This document shows, one piece after another, positions 46,793 through 56,336 of a stretch of DNA of 64,000 nt. Position 1 is the stretch's first letter; every line of letters begins with the position of its first letter. This DNA comes from Candidatus Bathyarchaeota archaeon. GTDB lineage: Archaea; Thermoproteota; Bathyarchaeia; Bathyarchaeales; Bathycorpusculaceae. The notes below the pieces were generated by a model that was not told the origin of the DNA, did not search any database, and worked only from the letters and a program-made list of their open reading frames with translations. The stretch lies in the NCBI GenBank assembly GCA_963832745.1, contig CAWHVC010000003.1, forward strand, positions 480,001-544,000, given 5' to 3'. The position numbers were made by a program, and so were the translations under genes.

Positions 46793-48036
46793 CCGATTAG
46801 ACGCCAACGCGCCGTAATCTTTCTGCTTATCGCAACACGGGCGCCTGGCAAGGCACAAATCGGTCTTGTCAACTTTACTTTTATCGTGTTTTGTTTAATC
46901 CCAATTACTTTGCCAACGTTTACTGCTGCGCCAACGTGAAGCAAAAGTTGCTCGTCAGGATTAATTTTTTCCACCTTAAGCTGATCTTTAGTTCCAACTA
47001 CACGTTCAAGAATGTATGTTTCCAAAGTTAATTCAGTTAAGGTCTCAGGTAGCATACCCGTTTTTCCAGCGATGCTTCCTGTTAAACCGTCAGCTTTCGA
47101 GTAAGACGGATCCAGTAGCGTGCCAACGCCGACTAGACCCCCGCAAGTTGCTTCTTTGACGTTTTGGTCGCCTGCATGTAGACTAACGATTTCGCTGATT
47201 AAGGGGTTGTAGATTGTTTTGCCTTCGCGTTCAACTGGTATGCCGGGACGGATTTCGATTTCTTCGCCTACTTTGAATTTGCCCTGTGCGATGGTTCCGC
47301 CAATGATGCCTCCGCCAAGTTCTTCGATGGTTGTGCCTGGCTTGTTTGTGTCAAAAGATCGAACAATAAACATTAAAGGTGGCAAGTCGGGGTCGCGTTT
47401 GGGTGTTGGAATAATTTCTTGAATTGCGTCAAGAAGTACGTCAATGTTAATGTTTCTTTGAGCTGAAAGCGGGATGATTGGGGCGTTTTCTGCTACGGTG
47501 CCTTTTACGAAGGCTTTGATTTCTTTATAGCTTTCCATGGCCCTTTTTTGGTCAACTATGTCAATTTTGTTTTGAACGATAATTATGTTTTTGATGCCGC
47601 TAACCTCGGCTGCTGCCAAGTGTTCACGTGTTTGTGGCTGTGGACAGGGTTCATCAGCGGCTATTACAAGTATTGCTCCATCCATAATGGCGGCGCCTGA
47701 AAGCATTGTTGCCATTAAGGCTTCGTGGCCTGGAGCGTCAACAAAACTTATTCCACGTACAAATTCTGCTTTGCTGTTGCAGTTTTCGCATTCGGGTTTT
47801 ATTGTGTAGTTTTTGGGTGGTGGACATTTTGGGCACTTGTAGATTGGCATGTCGGCATAGCCCAGTTTGATGGTGATGCCTCTTTTGAGTTCTTCACTGT
47901 GGCGTGATGCCCATGTACCTGTTAAGGCTTGGACAAGGGTTGTTTTTCCGTGGTCTACGTGACCAATTGTGCCAATGTTTACTTCTGGTTGACGCGGCAT
48001 GGGCGTGGATTTTCTTTCTTGAGTATTTTCAGCCAT
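46774..48036 (-). CDS. eif2g: Translation initiation factor aIF2 gamma
   Basis: GHVDHGKT, EELKRGITIKLGY, DAPGHE, QPQTREH, NKID and WRLIGYG. Confidence 0.98.
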   Translation of the reverse strand: MAENTQERKSTPMPRQPEVNIGTIGHVDHGKTTLVQALTGTWASRHSEELKRGITIKLGYADMPIYKCPKCPPPKNYTIKPECENCNSKAEFVRGISFVDAPGHEALMATMLSGAAIMDGAILVIAADEPCPQPQTREHLAAAEVSGIKNIIIVQNKIDIVDQKRAMESYKEIKAFVKGTVAENAPIIPLSAQRNINIDVLLDAIQEIIPTPKRDPDLPPLMFIVRSFDTNKPGTTIEELGGGIIGGTIAQGKFKVGEEIEIRPGIPVEREGKTIYNPLISEIVSLHAGDQNVKEATCGGLVGVGTLLDPSYSKADGLTGSIAGKTGMLPETLTELTLETYILERVVGTKDQLKVEKINPDEQLLLHVGAAVNVGKVIGIKQNTIKVKLTRPICALPGARVAISRKITARWRLIGYGLIK

Positions 48037-48223
48037 TTACAAACGCCTTTAAGTTCTGGCTTGTCTTATTATTCAATGCTTAAATTTAACCTTTCTATGT
48101 CAACAAAAATTTTGGTAGGCAACAAACTTCAAAGTTTAGTGTCAATGGTTTATTTGCTTGGTTAAAACTGAAAAGGGAAACTCAGCCTATTACTGAATTG
48201 TTCGTTGAAAAGGTGAAAAAAGT

Positions 48224-48610
48224 TTATGCTTGAGCTGCAGGTTCAGCTTTTGCAGCTTTGGCAGGTTGTTCAACAATTTTTAGGTTTAATTGAACAATCT
48301 CGTCAGTGATTGTGTTTCCGCGAACAGTTTTGCGTCTTCTTTCTCCGTCTCTTTTGGGTTTGAATCCTGCACCCTCGCTTAAAACTACTTGGCGTCTAAT
48401 TCCTCCGTGAACGTCGCCCCTCATGGGTACGCCGTCTGTGTCAGAACCGCCTAAAATTTGAAGTTTGGTTGCTGGCATGTCTACTACTATGCCGTCGATG
48501 ATTTCGCCCAGTTTTCTTCCGATAAGTGGAGCTGCACGTGCTTCTTCGACTTCAACTACTTTGCTTTTTCCGTCTGTTGGATCAGATATGATTACCTTGA
48601 ATTTTGCCAT
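48224..48610 (-). CDS. rps6e: 30S ribosomal protein S6e
   Basis: ISDP, GGSDTDGVPMR and GERRRKTVRGN. Confidence 0.96.
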   Translation of the reverse strand: MAKFKVIISDPTDGKSKVVEVEEARAAPLIGRKLGEIIDGIVVDMPATKLQILGGSDTDGVPMRGDVHGGIRRQVVLSEGAGFKPKRDGERRRKTVRGNTITDEIVQLNLKIVEQPAKAAKAEPAAQA

Positions 48611-49096
48611 TTGAAGATTAACTCTCCAGCGCAGTTTAAAATCGAATTACTCTCTATTAAGCATTTATATTTAAATCATAAATTGGATGCTAAGAAAACG
48701 TTCCCTCAACAAAAACCTTGTCCACATTATTGCAAAATACACTTCACTGAGTATGGCTGAGGTGTTTTTGGAAAAAGATGGTTTTTATTGAAATTGTGCT
48801 GTAACTTTTTTGCGGTAAAATCGTAAAGTTAACTCTAGTGGGGCTTGCTAAAAAACCGTTTTTGTATTAAAAAAACTGGAGTCTTTTGACGTGTTGTTTG
48901 GTTGCCGTTTTTTTGAAATACCCATAGTCAGGTTGAGTTTGTGCTTCTAGTTAACAAATCATTTTAAATTTGGTTGAATGGTGCACAGATACTCTGCGTA
49001 GTGTAAAAGGTTGTATTTGAAAAAGCGTGCTTGTATTTGCAAAATATTCATAAATTTTTTCGCCTAAAGCTTTTAATTTAACCCTGAAATGCATTT

Positions 49097-50344
49097 TTGG
49101 CTATGTGGCGACTTGGGTTCTTCTTTCACGAGATAGCCTTCGGCTTACTAAGCGTCTTCATACCACTCTACGTGGTTGCCTTTCAAGACGCAAGCATCCT
49201 AGGCGGACCTCTAGTCGCTTTAGGTATAATGTCATCTGTTGCCGTTTTCTGCTCAATTCCCGCCTCATTCCTTTGGGGCTGGCTCGCCGACAAAACAAGA
49301 CACTACAAATTCTTCATTTTACTTTCCTTTGCCTCATCAGCTATTTTACTGTTTATGATGACACTTTCTTTTGCCCAAAACGTCATAGTTTTTGTGGTTT
49401 TATACGTGATTATGCAGGTTCTTCATGCAGCACATGAAGCCCCAAAGAACGTGTTAATCGCTGAACATTACAGCCGTGACGAATGGGAGAAATCTTACGG
49501 TTACTATGAAGGTTCAACAGAGATTGGTTTCATAGTTGGTTTAGCCATCGGTTTCTGTTTGTCTGTAGGCTTATTTGCTTTTACAGCAAACCTTGACTCT
49601 GCAGTTTTGGCAACTTACACTTTATACTTATGTAGCGGCTTAAGCTTGGCTGCCTTCATACTTTCAGTAGTCTTAATTGCTGACCCATTGATGATTTTTG
49701 AACGCCGCCTAGTTGGAATAGAACGAAAAGTCGATTTCACATGTCGAGGTGTAGATTCAGCTTCAAGAGTCTTAGATGGCGCTCCTTGGGATGGTTCACC
49801 CAGACAGGACAGCTTCAAAGTGTTTGCTTTTGCTATCGTCCTGTTTTCTTTAGCTACAAGCATCTTTTTCACACCTTTACCCGTGTTCTTAAGTCAAGGT
49901 TTGAACCTGTCCGACAGCATGGTTTACGTTGGATACATTTTTACTTCGATTGGAGCCACAGCTGGCTACTTCTTTGTTAGTAAGCGAGCTCGATCTATGG
50001 ATGGCCGTAAACAAATGCCCCGTTTCGTCCTATACAGAAGCCTGCTAATCTTTGCATTAATCGGCGCCATACAGTTAGTTATCGCCCCAACATTGATTAC
50101 TTTCCTAGTTCTTGTTTTTCTAGGCTTCTCTTTTGCCGTGTATTACATTTTGATGATTTCTATTTCAATGGAGCTTATACCTGCAGGAAAAAGCGGCCTG
50201 TTTGACGGACTTGTAGGTTTAGGAACAGCTTTTGGCTCATTCCTTGGACCTTACTTGGCAAGCACTTACAATTACTTACCAACATATTTTATTGCCGCAT
50301 TGCTGTTCCTGTTTGCCTTTATGTCCGTAAAACTGGCAACTTAA
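49097..50344 (+). CDS. MFS transporter
   Basis: About 12 TM helices and motif WGWLADKTRHYK. Confidence 0.88.
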   Translation: MAMWRLGFFFHEIAFGLLSVFIPLYVVAFQDASILGGPLVALGIMSSVAVFCSIPASFLWGWLADKTRHYKFFILLSFASSAILLFMMTLSFAQNVIVFVVLYVIMQVLHAAHEAPKNVLIAEHYSRDEWEKSYGYYEGSTEIGFIVGLAIGFCLSVGLFAFTANLDSAVLATYTLYLCSGLSLAAFILSVVLIADPLMIFERRLVGIERKVDFTCRGVDSASRVLDGAPWDGSPRQDSFKVFAFAIVLFSLATSIFFTPLPVFLSQGLNLSDSMVYVGYIFTSIGATAGYFFVSKRARSMDGRKQMPRFVLYRSLLIFALIGAIQLVIAPTLITFLVLVFLGFSFAVYYILMISISMELIPAGKSGLFDGLVGLGTAFGSFLGPYLASTYNYLPTYFIAALLFLFAFMSVKLAT

Positions 50345-50399
50345 TTGTTAAATTGAGTTTAAAGAAAAGAAGAAAGAGCCTTTTGGCTCAAAGTGTGGT

Positions 50400-51839
50400 T
50401 TATTCTGTGTGGACTCTGTATAAGTCTACGTCTTCGCGCATGCTTGGTGTCAGTTCAAGGAAGTCCCGTACTGACCGTTCAATGTCTTTTGATTGTGTAA
50501 CGTACCTACCGACGATAAGAATGTCTGCACCTTTATCCAGTGCTTCTTTGGCTGTTTCTGGAACAATTCCGCCTGCAACTGCAATTAGGAATTTCTTGTT
50601 AGGAAAAGCTTCACGTATCATTTTTATGCGTTCAAGTCCACTGCTTCTGCCTGTTTCTTGGTCGATGCCTCGGTGTAGGATGACGATGTCTGGGAAGTCT
50701 TTGATTGATTTTAGTTTTGCAAGAACATCTTCAACGTTGAGCATGTCGATGACTGCGTAGGTTCCTAAGCGTCTGGCTTCCTGTACGGTTGCGTCAAGGG
50801 TTTCTGCTGGTGCAAGGCCTGCTGCGACAACTGCGTCTGCTGTGTCTTCATAGGCAATGTCTACTTCAACTTTGCCTACGTCGAGTGTTTTGAGGTCTGC
50901 GATTATGAATTTGTCTTTGGCGATTTCGCGGATTTCGTTGATGACTCTTGTGCCGTAACGTTTGATAAGTGGTGTTCCGACTTCAAGAATGATTCTGTCG
51001 CTTCCTGGCAACTCGGAAATGACTTTCTTTGCTGCTTCTATATTGGGTGCGTCAAGTGCAATTTGTAGGTATGGTGGTCTCCATAGGCGTGGAACTTTAA
51101 AGCCCATAATTGGATGCTTTGCGCGGTCTTTATCATAGTTAATTTTTTCTAATGATGGATACTTCTTGAGTGCACGTTGAAGCGCCATTTTTGTTGCGCC
51201 GTAATTGTACTGGTAGATTTTGCGGTAATCGGTTGCTTTTGGATGAATAAAGACGCTTGCGATGATTACCCACTCATCAAGTTTCGATAGAGGGATTATG
51301 CCTTCTTCTGCGGCGTCTGCAACGGCTTTGGCTACTGCAGCTTGTGCTGGACCAAAGATTTTGCCTGTGTCTTCCATGTTTTTAACTGTGACTTTTGGAA
51401 CGATTAGTGTGTGTGGTTTAGGTGGTAGGTTGGGGCGGATAACTGCGAGCAGTGGTGTGTGGCCTGCTGATAAGCTTGCCATTCCGGTTGCGAAGGCTTG
51501 ACCGACTGGTCCGCTTTTATCGCCAATCATGAGGTCAACATGTGCAACTTCGTTTCCTTCTCCTAACAGTGATTCACCGATTAAGTAGGTGGGGCCTGAA
51601 AATTCTTCGTCTTTATTATTTTGGGTCGGCATACAGTCTATAATCTCCTTGAAATCGACATTAAATTCTTTTAGCCAAGAATAAAGGGTGTCTCTATGAA
51701 TGTCCATTTCCTTGGCGGTTCCGATTATTGTCGGTTTTGTCGGTTTATTTTTGGTTCCGGTTTCTCGTTGGGCTGCTTGAAGAACTACTTTGATAAATTC
51801 TTCCTTTGTGGATGGCTTTTTAACATCTATTCCCGACAT
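50400..51839 (-). CDS. fae-hps: Bifunctional formaldehyde-activating enzyme / 3-hexulose-6-phosphate synthase with an extra N-terminal HTH
   Basis: Fae: EVAHVDL, FGPAQAAVAKAVAD. Hps: LQIALD, EVGTPLIK, ADLKTLD. N-terminal TAKEMDIHRDTLYSWLKEF. ATG 51839 chosen because of an RBS-like AGGT upstream. Confidence 0.93.
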   Translation of the reverse strand: MSGIDVKKPSTKEEFIKVVLQAAQRETGTKNKPTKPTIIGTAKEMDIHRDTLYSWLKEFNVDFKEIIDCMPTQNNKDEEFSGPTYLIGESLLGEGNEVAHVDLMIGDKSGPVGQAFATGMASLSAGHTPLLAVIRPNLPPKPHTLIVPKVTVKNMEDTGKIFGPAQAAVAKAVADAAEEGIIPLSKLDEWVIIASVFIHPKATDYRKIYQYNYGATKMALQRALKKYPSLEKINYDKDRAKHPIMGFKVPRLWRPPYLQIALDAPNIEAAKKVISELPGSDRIILEVGTPLIKRYGTRVINEIREIAKDKFIIADLKTLDVGKVEVDIAYEDTADAVVAAGLAPAETLDATVQEARRLGTYAVIDMLNVEDVLAKLKSIKDFPDIVILHRGIDQETGRSSGLERIKMIREAFPNKKFLIAVAGGIVPETAKEALDKGADILIVGRYVTQSKDIERSVRDFLELTPSMREDVDLYRVHTE

Positions 51840-51944
51840 TAATTTACCTTCTTCGGCACTTGTATTTAACCGAATATTTAAGATTGTCGGACAGACAGAC
51901 CATTTATTGCCTATTTGCACTCGGTTTATGTGTCGGTTTGTCGG
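51729..51944. repeat. Cluster of TGTCGG/CCGACA motifs over the fae-hps promoter and 5' end
   Basis: TGTCGG at 51729, 51738, 51885, 51931, 51939; CCGACA at 51833; partial TCGGTTT at 51921. Confidence 0.7.
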
Positions 51945-52058
51945 TTGAACAGTTCCAAGTTTATGGTTGACGCTTAAAGGCTTTTTCTGTTTAACCGTAA
52001 ATCTTTATATCCCGTGTCTTATTGACTTGATAGTCGCATGCAAAAGAGGTAACCTGTA

Positions 52059-52262
52059 ATGTCATGGTCAAACTGGATAAGCGTAATACTTGTCATTGTC
52101 GGCATAGGCTTGTTTCTGTATGGGGCAAACGTTTACGATGCAACCGTCGGCTGGACAGGTTTTTACCTTGGAATCGCCGGCATACTACTCTACATAAGTA
52201 CTTACGTTTATGTTTGGTATAAAAAAAATGAGTCAAAAGAGGCTCCTACTCAGAACCCATAA
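52059..52262 (+). CDS. Small two-TM membrane protein
   Basis: 67 aa with two hydrophobic helices; GAGGT RBS. Confidence 0.7.
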   Translation: MSWSNWISVILVIVGIGLFLYGANVYDATVGWTGFYLGIAGILLYISTYVYVWYKKNESKEAPTQNP

Positions 52263-53782
52263 AGCTCACTGTACTTGTTTTGCAGATACCGTAGGAACGG
52301 TTGTGGATCCAAGTTTTTGCCTGTTGCCTTCTTGATTAGGTCTTCTGGGTCGTAAAGGTCGCTTGGGCGATGGATGTTTTCTTTTAGCCAAGTGTTTAAT
52401 TCTTTTAGGTTACTTTGTGCAAGTTGGCTACGCCAGTTCGGCAGGGCTGCTGTTAAGGCTTCAGTTATTTGTCCACTGTAAATGTTGCCCAACGCGTAAC
52501 TGGGGAAGTACCCGTATAATCCGCTGCTCCAATGAGTATCCTGCATTACACCCTCAGAGTCATTCTCAATTTTTACTCCCATATATTTGGCGTATTTTTC
52601 ATTCCATGCCTGCGGAAGCTCATCTATACTGACTTTGCCTGCAAACAAGTCCCGTTCTAACTCGTAACGGATAATAATGTGCAGGTTATAGGTCACCTCA
52701 TCAGATTCGATGCGAATCTTGGAACGTTCAACACGGTTAACGGCGTGAATAAAATTGTCCAAGCTTATGTCTGATAGGGCTGGAGCAATCTTTTGGATTT
52801 TAGGCAGAAAACCAGTCCAAAACTCTTTGGAGCGTCCCACGATGTTTTCGTAAAGCCTTGATTGAGACTCGTGAATGCCATAAGAGCAGGTGCCTCCGAC
52901 GGCTTGGTATATCCATTCTGGATTCACGTTTAACTCGTAAAGCGCATGACCTGACTCGTGAAGGACCGAGAAAATTGAGTTTGCATAATCATTAACATAG
53001 TAATGAGTTGTTATACGCACATCTTGGTAGCTTCCAGAGGTGAAAGGATGCTCGGTTTCATCAATTCTTCCACTTGCAGTTGTTGAAGTTGTATCGTAGC
53101 CAAGCGTTTGAGTTATTAACTGAGAAATCTGCCGTTGCGTTTCCACTGCTACTGGCTGATGCAGAACCGTTGTGTCTGGATGTTTGCCTGACTCTTGGAT
53201 TTTGTCCAAAAGCGGACGCAGCCCTGCCTGTAGTTTGTCGAAGGTTTCAGTGATTTTCTGCGTGGTCATTTTGGGTTCAAACTGGTCAATCAATGCTTCA
53301 TACGGCGTTTTGGTTTGCTTTACTTTCATTAGAATTTCAGCAGCTTGCATGTTTAAGTCAAACAGTTTCTGCAGTTCAGGCTTAAGCAGACTGTAATCCT
53401 TTTTTGCTTTGGCTTTCTTCCAAGTGTTTACAGTGATTGTTTCTTGCCTTGCCAGTTCCGCAACCAGCTTCTCAGGAAGGCTTGTCTGTTCAAGATAGCT
53501 TTTGTTAATCAGGTAAACGTTACGTTTCTCAACTTCCCCAAAATCGTAGTAGGATGGGTTTGTTTGGATTTGTTGTAAGAGTTTGCCGATTTCTGGGTTT
53601 GTGCTCATTTGATGTCCAATGCGGCTGAGCAGTTCCAGTTGCAGACTGCGTTGTTCTACCGCATTTGGCGGCATCATCGTTTCCATGTCCCAATGGATTA
53701 AGCCTTGAGCGGTTCCCAGAACTATGGTGTCTTTAGTTTTTTCTAAAAGTTGGTTGTAAATGGGTTTGATGCTGTTTTGCAA
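52250..53782 (-). CDS. M32 family carboxypeptidase (carboxypeptidase Taq-like)
   Basis: HPF, DVRITT, HESGHALYE, IHESQS, IRIESDE and GYFPSYALG. Confidence 0.95.
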   Translation of the reverse strand: MQNSIKPIYNQLLEKTKDTIVLGTAQGLIHWDMETMMPPNAVEQRSLQLELLSRIGHQMSTNPEIGKLLQQIQTNPSYYDFGEVEKRNVYLINKSYLEQTSLPEKLVAELARQETITVNTWKKAKAKKDYSLLKPELQKLFDLNMQAAEILMKVKQTKTPYEALIDQFEPKMTTQKITETFDKLQAGLRPLLDKIQESGKHPDTTVLHQPVAVETQRQISQLITQTLGYDTTSTTASGRIDETEHPFTSGSYQDVRITTHYYVNDYANSIFSVLHESGHALYELNVNPEWIYQAVGGTCSYGIHESQSRLYENIVGRSKEFWTGFLPKIQKIAPALSDISLDNFIHAVNRVERSKIRIESDEVTYNLHIIIRYELERDLFAGKVSIDELPQAWNEKYAKYMGVKIENDSEGVMQDTHWSSGLYGYFPSYALGNIYSGQITEALTAALPNWRSQLAQSNLKELNTWLKENIHRPSDLYDPEDLIKKATGKNLDPQPFLRYLQNKYSELYGF

Positions 53783-53854
53783 AGTTTTTCCTCTATTGGT
53801 TTGTGTGTGGGGTTTGTATTTACTGTTTTGATGCAGCCCAAAACAAGTAACCCG

Positions 53855-53905
53855 CCTATTTGGAGCCTTTAGCAGTTAATTGCAGGAACCTATAGGCGAT
53901 AGGTC
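53855..53905 (+). promoter_or_regulatory. Copy B of the 51-bp CCTA/TAGG-rich element
   Basis: CCTATTTGGAGCCT...AACCTATAGGCGATAGGTC aligns with the reverse complement of 41251-41301. Confidence 0.55.
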
Positions 53906-54023
53906 ATTATTGACAAATTTTTAAGCCATTACTTGTTGATTTTTGCTTAGTTAGCCCTAAACTGTCTACAAAGGTTTTTATCTTAAACTCTAATACACGG
54001 TTTCTTAGAGGAATACAATCAAA

Positions 54024-54695
54024 ATGAGTAATAGTACCTTCGAATCAAGCAAACTCTTAGCTGCAATCGGCTCAATAATGCTGTTCTTAGCCTTTATTCC
54101 AAGTGTTGGACCTATAATAGGCATCGTCGGCATAATTCTTGTTCTAATCGGCATGAAAGGATTAGCTGAACACTACAGAGACGACAGTATCTACCGAAAC
54201 GCATTCACAGGCGTAATATTCGGCATCGTCGGCTTAATCGCTCTGGCCGTCGGTGGATTCAGTCTAGGAGCCATATTCAGTTTAGGTGTGGCGGGCATCA
54301 TCGGCGGAATACTAGGTTTACTGTTGCTTCTGGTAGTAGTTTTCGTCTTTATCCTGTTAATGGCAATAAACTTTAGAAAAGCACTTTTCGCGTTAGCAGA
54401 CCGTTCAGGTGAACATCTATTCCATACAGCAGGAACATTACTGTTCATCGGTGCAGCATTAACAATAGTGTTCTTCATCGGCTTAATCTTAGTATTCATC
54501 GCTTGGATAATCGCAACAATCGCATTCTTCTCAATTAAAACTAATGTACCATCATACAGTTACACTCCACCGCCAACATCACAGCCTCCCCCAACAGCAC
54601 CAACCGCAAGCACAGGAGCTCAATACTGCCCACACTGCGGCGCACCAGTCCAACAAGGCGCAACATTCTGCTCACACTGCGGTAAACAGATATAG
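54024..54695 (+). CDS. DUF996-type membrane protein with C-terminal zinc ribbon
   Basis: LAAIGSIM...LIGMKGLAEHY, LFHTAGTLLFIGA, Pro-rich linker and CPHCG...FCSHCG. Confidence 0.85.
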   Translation: MSNSTFESSKLLAAIGSIMLFLAFIPSVGPIIGIVGIILVLIGMKGLAEHYRDDSIYRNAFTGVIFGIVGLIALAVGGFSLGAIFSLGVAGIIGGILGLLLLLVVVFVFILLMAINFRKALFALADRSGEHLFHTAGTLLFIGAALTIVFFIGLILVFIAWIIATIAFFSIKTNVPSYSYTPPPTSQPPPTAPTASTGAQYCPHCGAPVQQGATFCSHCGKQI

Positions 54696-54828
54696 ACCAA
54701 AAAAACCCAAAAAAAACTATCTTCAATTTTTTATCCTAAACACTTGAGCGGATGCGCTTGTTGTCACATTAAAGCAACAACATACCTTTAGAAAACCCTC
54801 AAGAGGAATTTTATTTAAGGTTGGTTTT

Positions 54829-55035
54829 ATGAGTGAATACAAACCACCATACGGCACACAAGTCAATACCCGAAACGTGAATTTACCTCAAGTTCCAGCG
54901 CCACCTGAAGAACCCCTGCGTGGAATTGAACCAGGAAAACTTATTTGCACAATATGCGGAAAAACATTCAAAACAGCAAACGGGCTTAAACGGCACCGGG
55001 AAAACATGCATGGCACACCAGAACGGCCCATATAG
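54829..55035 (+). CDS. Small C2H2 zinc-finger protein
   Basis: CTICGKTFKTANGLKRHRENMH matches C-x2-C-x3-F-x5-L-x2-H-x4-H. Confidence 0.8.
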   Translation: MSEYKPPYGTQVNTRNVNLPQVPAPPEEPLRGIEPGKLICTICGKTFKTANGLKRHRENMHGTPERPI

Positions 55036-55040
55036 CATTT

Positions 55041-56102
55041 TTACCCGATTAGCCTGTTAAGGTACGGAATTTTTCTTAACGGGTAAAGCACCAGCAAACA
55101 AATCACCAAAGTAACCATGGTAAGGAGCGGGATTTCGATGATAGGGTTTAGTGTTGCCAAGCTTATTCTAAAGCCAAATAGGTACCCGTTTTCCAATGTT
55201 TCCAAAACCATGAAGTGAAACAGGTAAATCGCCAACGAACTTATGCTAATATAGTGAATTAAGCGGTCAAGCATGGGGAATCTGCATTTGATTTTGTTGT
55301 ACTGAACCGAAGATAGCAGCAGAAATAGTGCCACTGAGGATAAGATGACCCCTAAACTGAAGTAGTCGTAAAAGAAGAACTGGATGCTGCCTCCAACTGT
55401 GGCTGTTATCCAATACGTGCCCAACGTTGTCCAAGCAAACCCCACTAAAACTGCCAACAACAAAAACTTCCTGTTTACAGATGTGTTTAACAGGTAAAGT
55501 CCAAGCAGAAAATACCCAATATACCCAGTTATTAAAAACAGGCTATTATTCAAATTATGAGCTACTAAAAGGTTCAGAAGTGGCACAATTGATACTCCGA
55601 TTAACCATAAAACAAAAAAGTACCTCATCAAAAGTCTACTGGCGTGAGCAACAAAAATGCGTACCAATGGCGTAACCAAGTACAAGCCAATTAACATGTA
55701 AAAGAACCAAAAATGAATATATGGGCCATTAAAAACCCCTTCAACAAACGTTTGAACTGTTAAGGTTTCATGGTTAACAAATACGTCCCAAGCAAAATAG
55801 AGCCCCATCCAAAACAAAAAAGGCAAAGCAATTCGGCTAACCCGTTTCCTAAAAAAAACTCCAAGGGGCTCGTCAACTTTAGATGGCGAAAGTAGCAGGG
55901 CACCACTTAACATGACAAACAACGGTACACACGGTCTTGCAAAGGAGTCGTAAAGGTTTACGCTCCACCATTGAACAAGCACCGCTGAAGAATCCGGCGT
56001 TACAATTGCCGGAATAGGCTCTATAGAGGCATGAAGTAAAACAACCAACACTATGGCAAACGTTCGAATCAAGTCAACGGGCAGTTGCCTGCTTTCGGGC
56101 AA
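55041..56102 (-). CDS. Acyltransferase-3 family membrane O-acyltransferase (WecH-like)
   Basis: DLIRTFAIVLVVLLH, VPLFVMLSGALLL, HFWFFY and SLAIYLFH. Confidence 0.9.
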   Translation of the reverse strand: MPESRQLPVDLIRTFAIVLVVLLHASIEPIPAIVTPDSSAVLVQWWSVNLYDSFARPCVPLFVMLSGALLLSPSKVDEPLGVFFRKRVSRIALPFLFWMGLYFAWDVFVNHETLTVQTFVEGVFNGPYIHFWFFYMLIGLYLVTPLVRIFVAHASRLLMRYFFVLWLIGVSIVPLLNLLVAHNLNNSLFLITGYIGYFLLGLYLLNTSVNRKFLLLAVLVGFAWTTLGTYWITATVGGSIQFFFYDYFSLGVILSSVALFLLLSSVQYNKIKCRFPMLDRLIHYISISSLAIYLFHFMVLETLENGYLFGFRISLATLNPIIEIPLLTMVTLVICLLVLYPLRKIPYLNRLIG

Positions 56103-56336
56103 GGAACTTGTTGAAGCTTCTCCGTCTTTGGGCAGTTGGCTGCCGCCAATTTGTGAGTCCGCGTTTAACCCCCAGTAATCCCAAAAACGTTAAGTATAAA
56201 ATGTTAATAAGTCTTTAAAAAACATCAACAACAAAGTATAAACTACGACTAAAACTGGCTGAATTTAATATATAGAATTAATCCGTAACAGATTAAAGTT
56301 ACCAAGACAACATGCCTAACTTATAACAACTGGGTT

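Noticed and set aside
48611-49096. Long intergenic region as a hidden gene or RNA
   Set aside because: AT-rich with no convincing ORF, stem or repeat by eye.
50353-50760. 135-aa plus-strand ORF, and similar antisense ORFs throughout the window
   Set aside because: Shadow frames of well-supported genes on the opposite strand.
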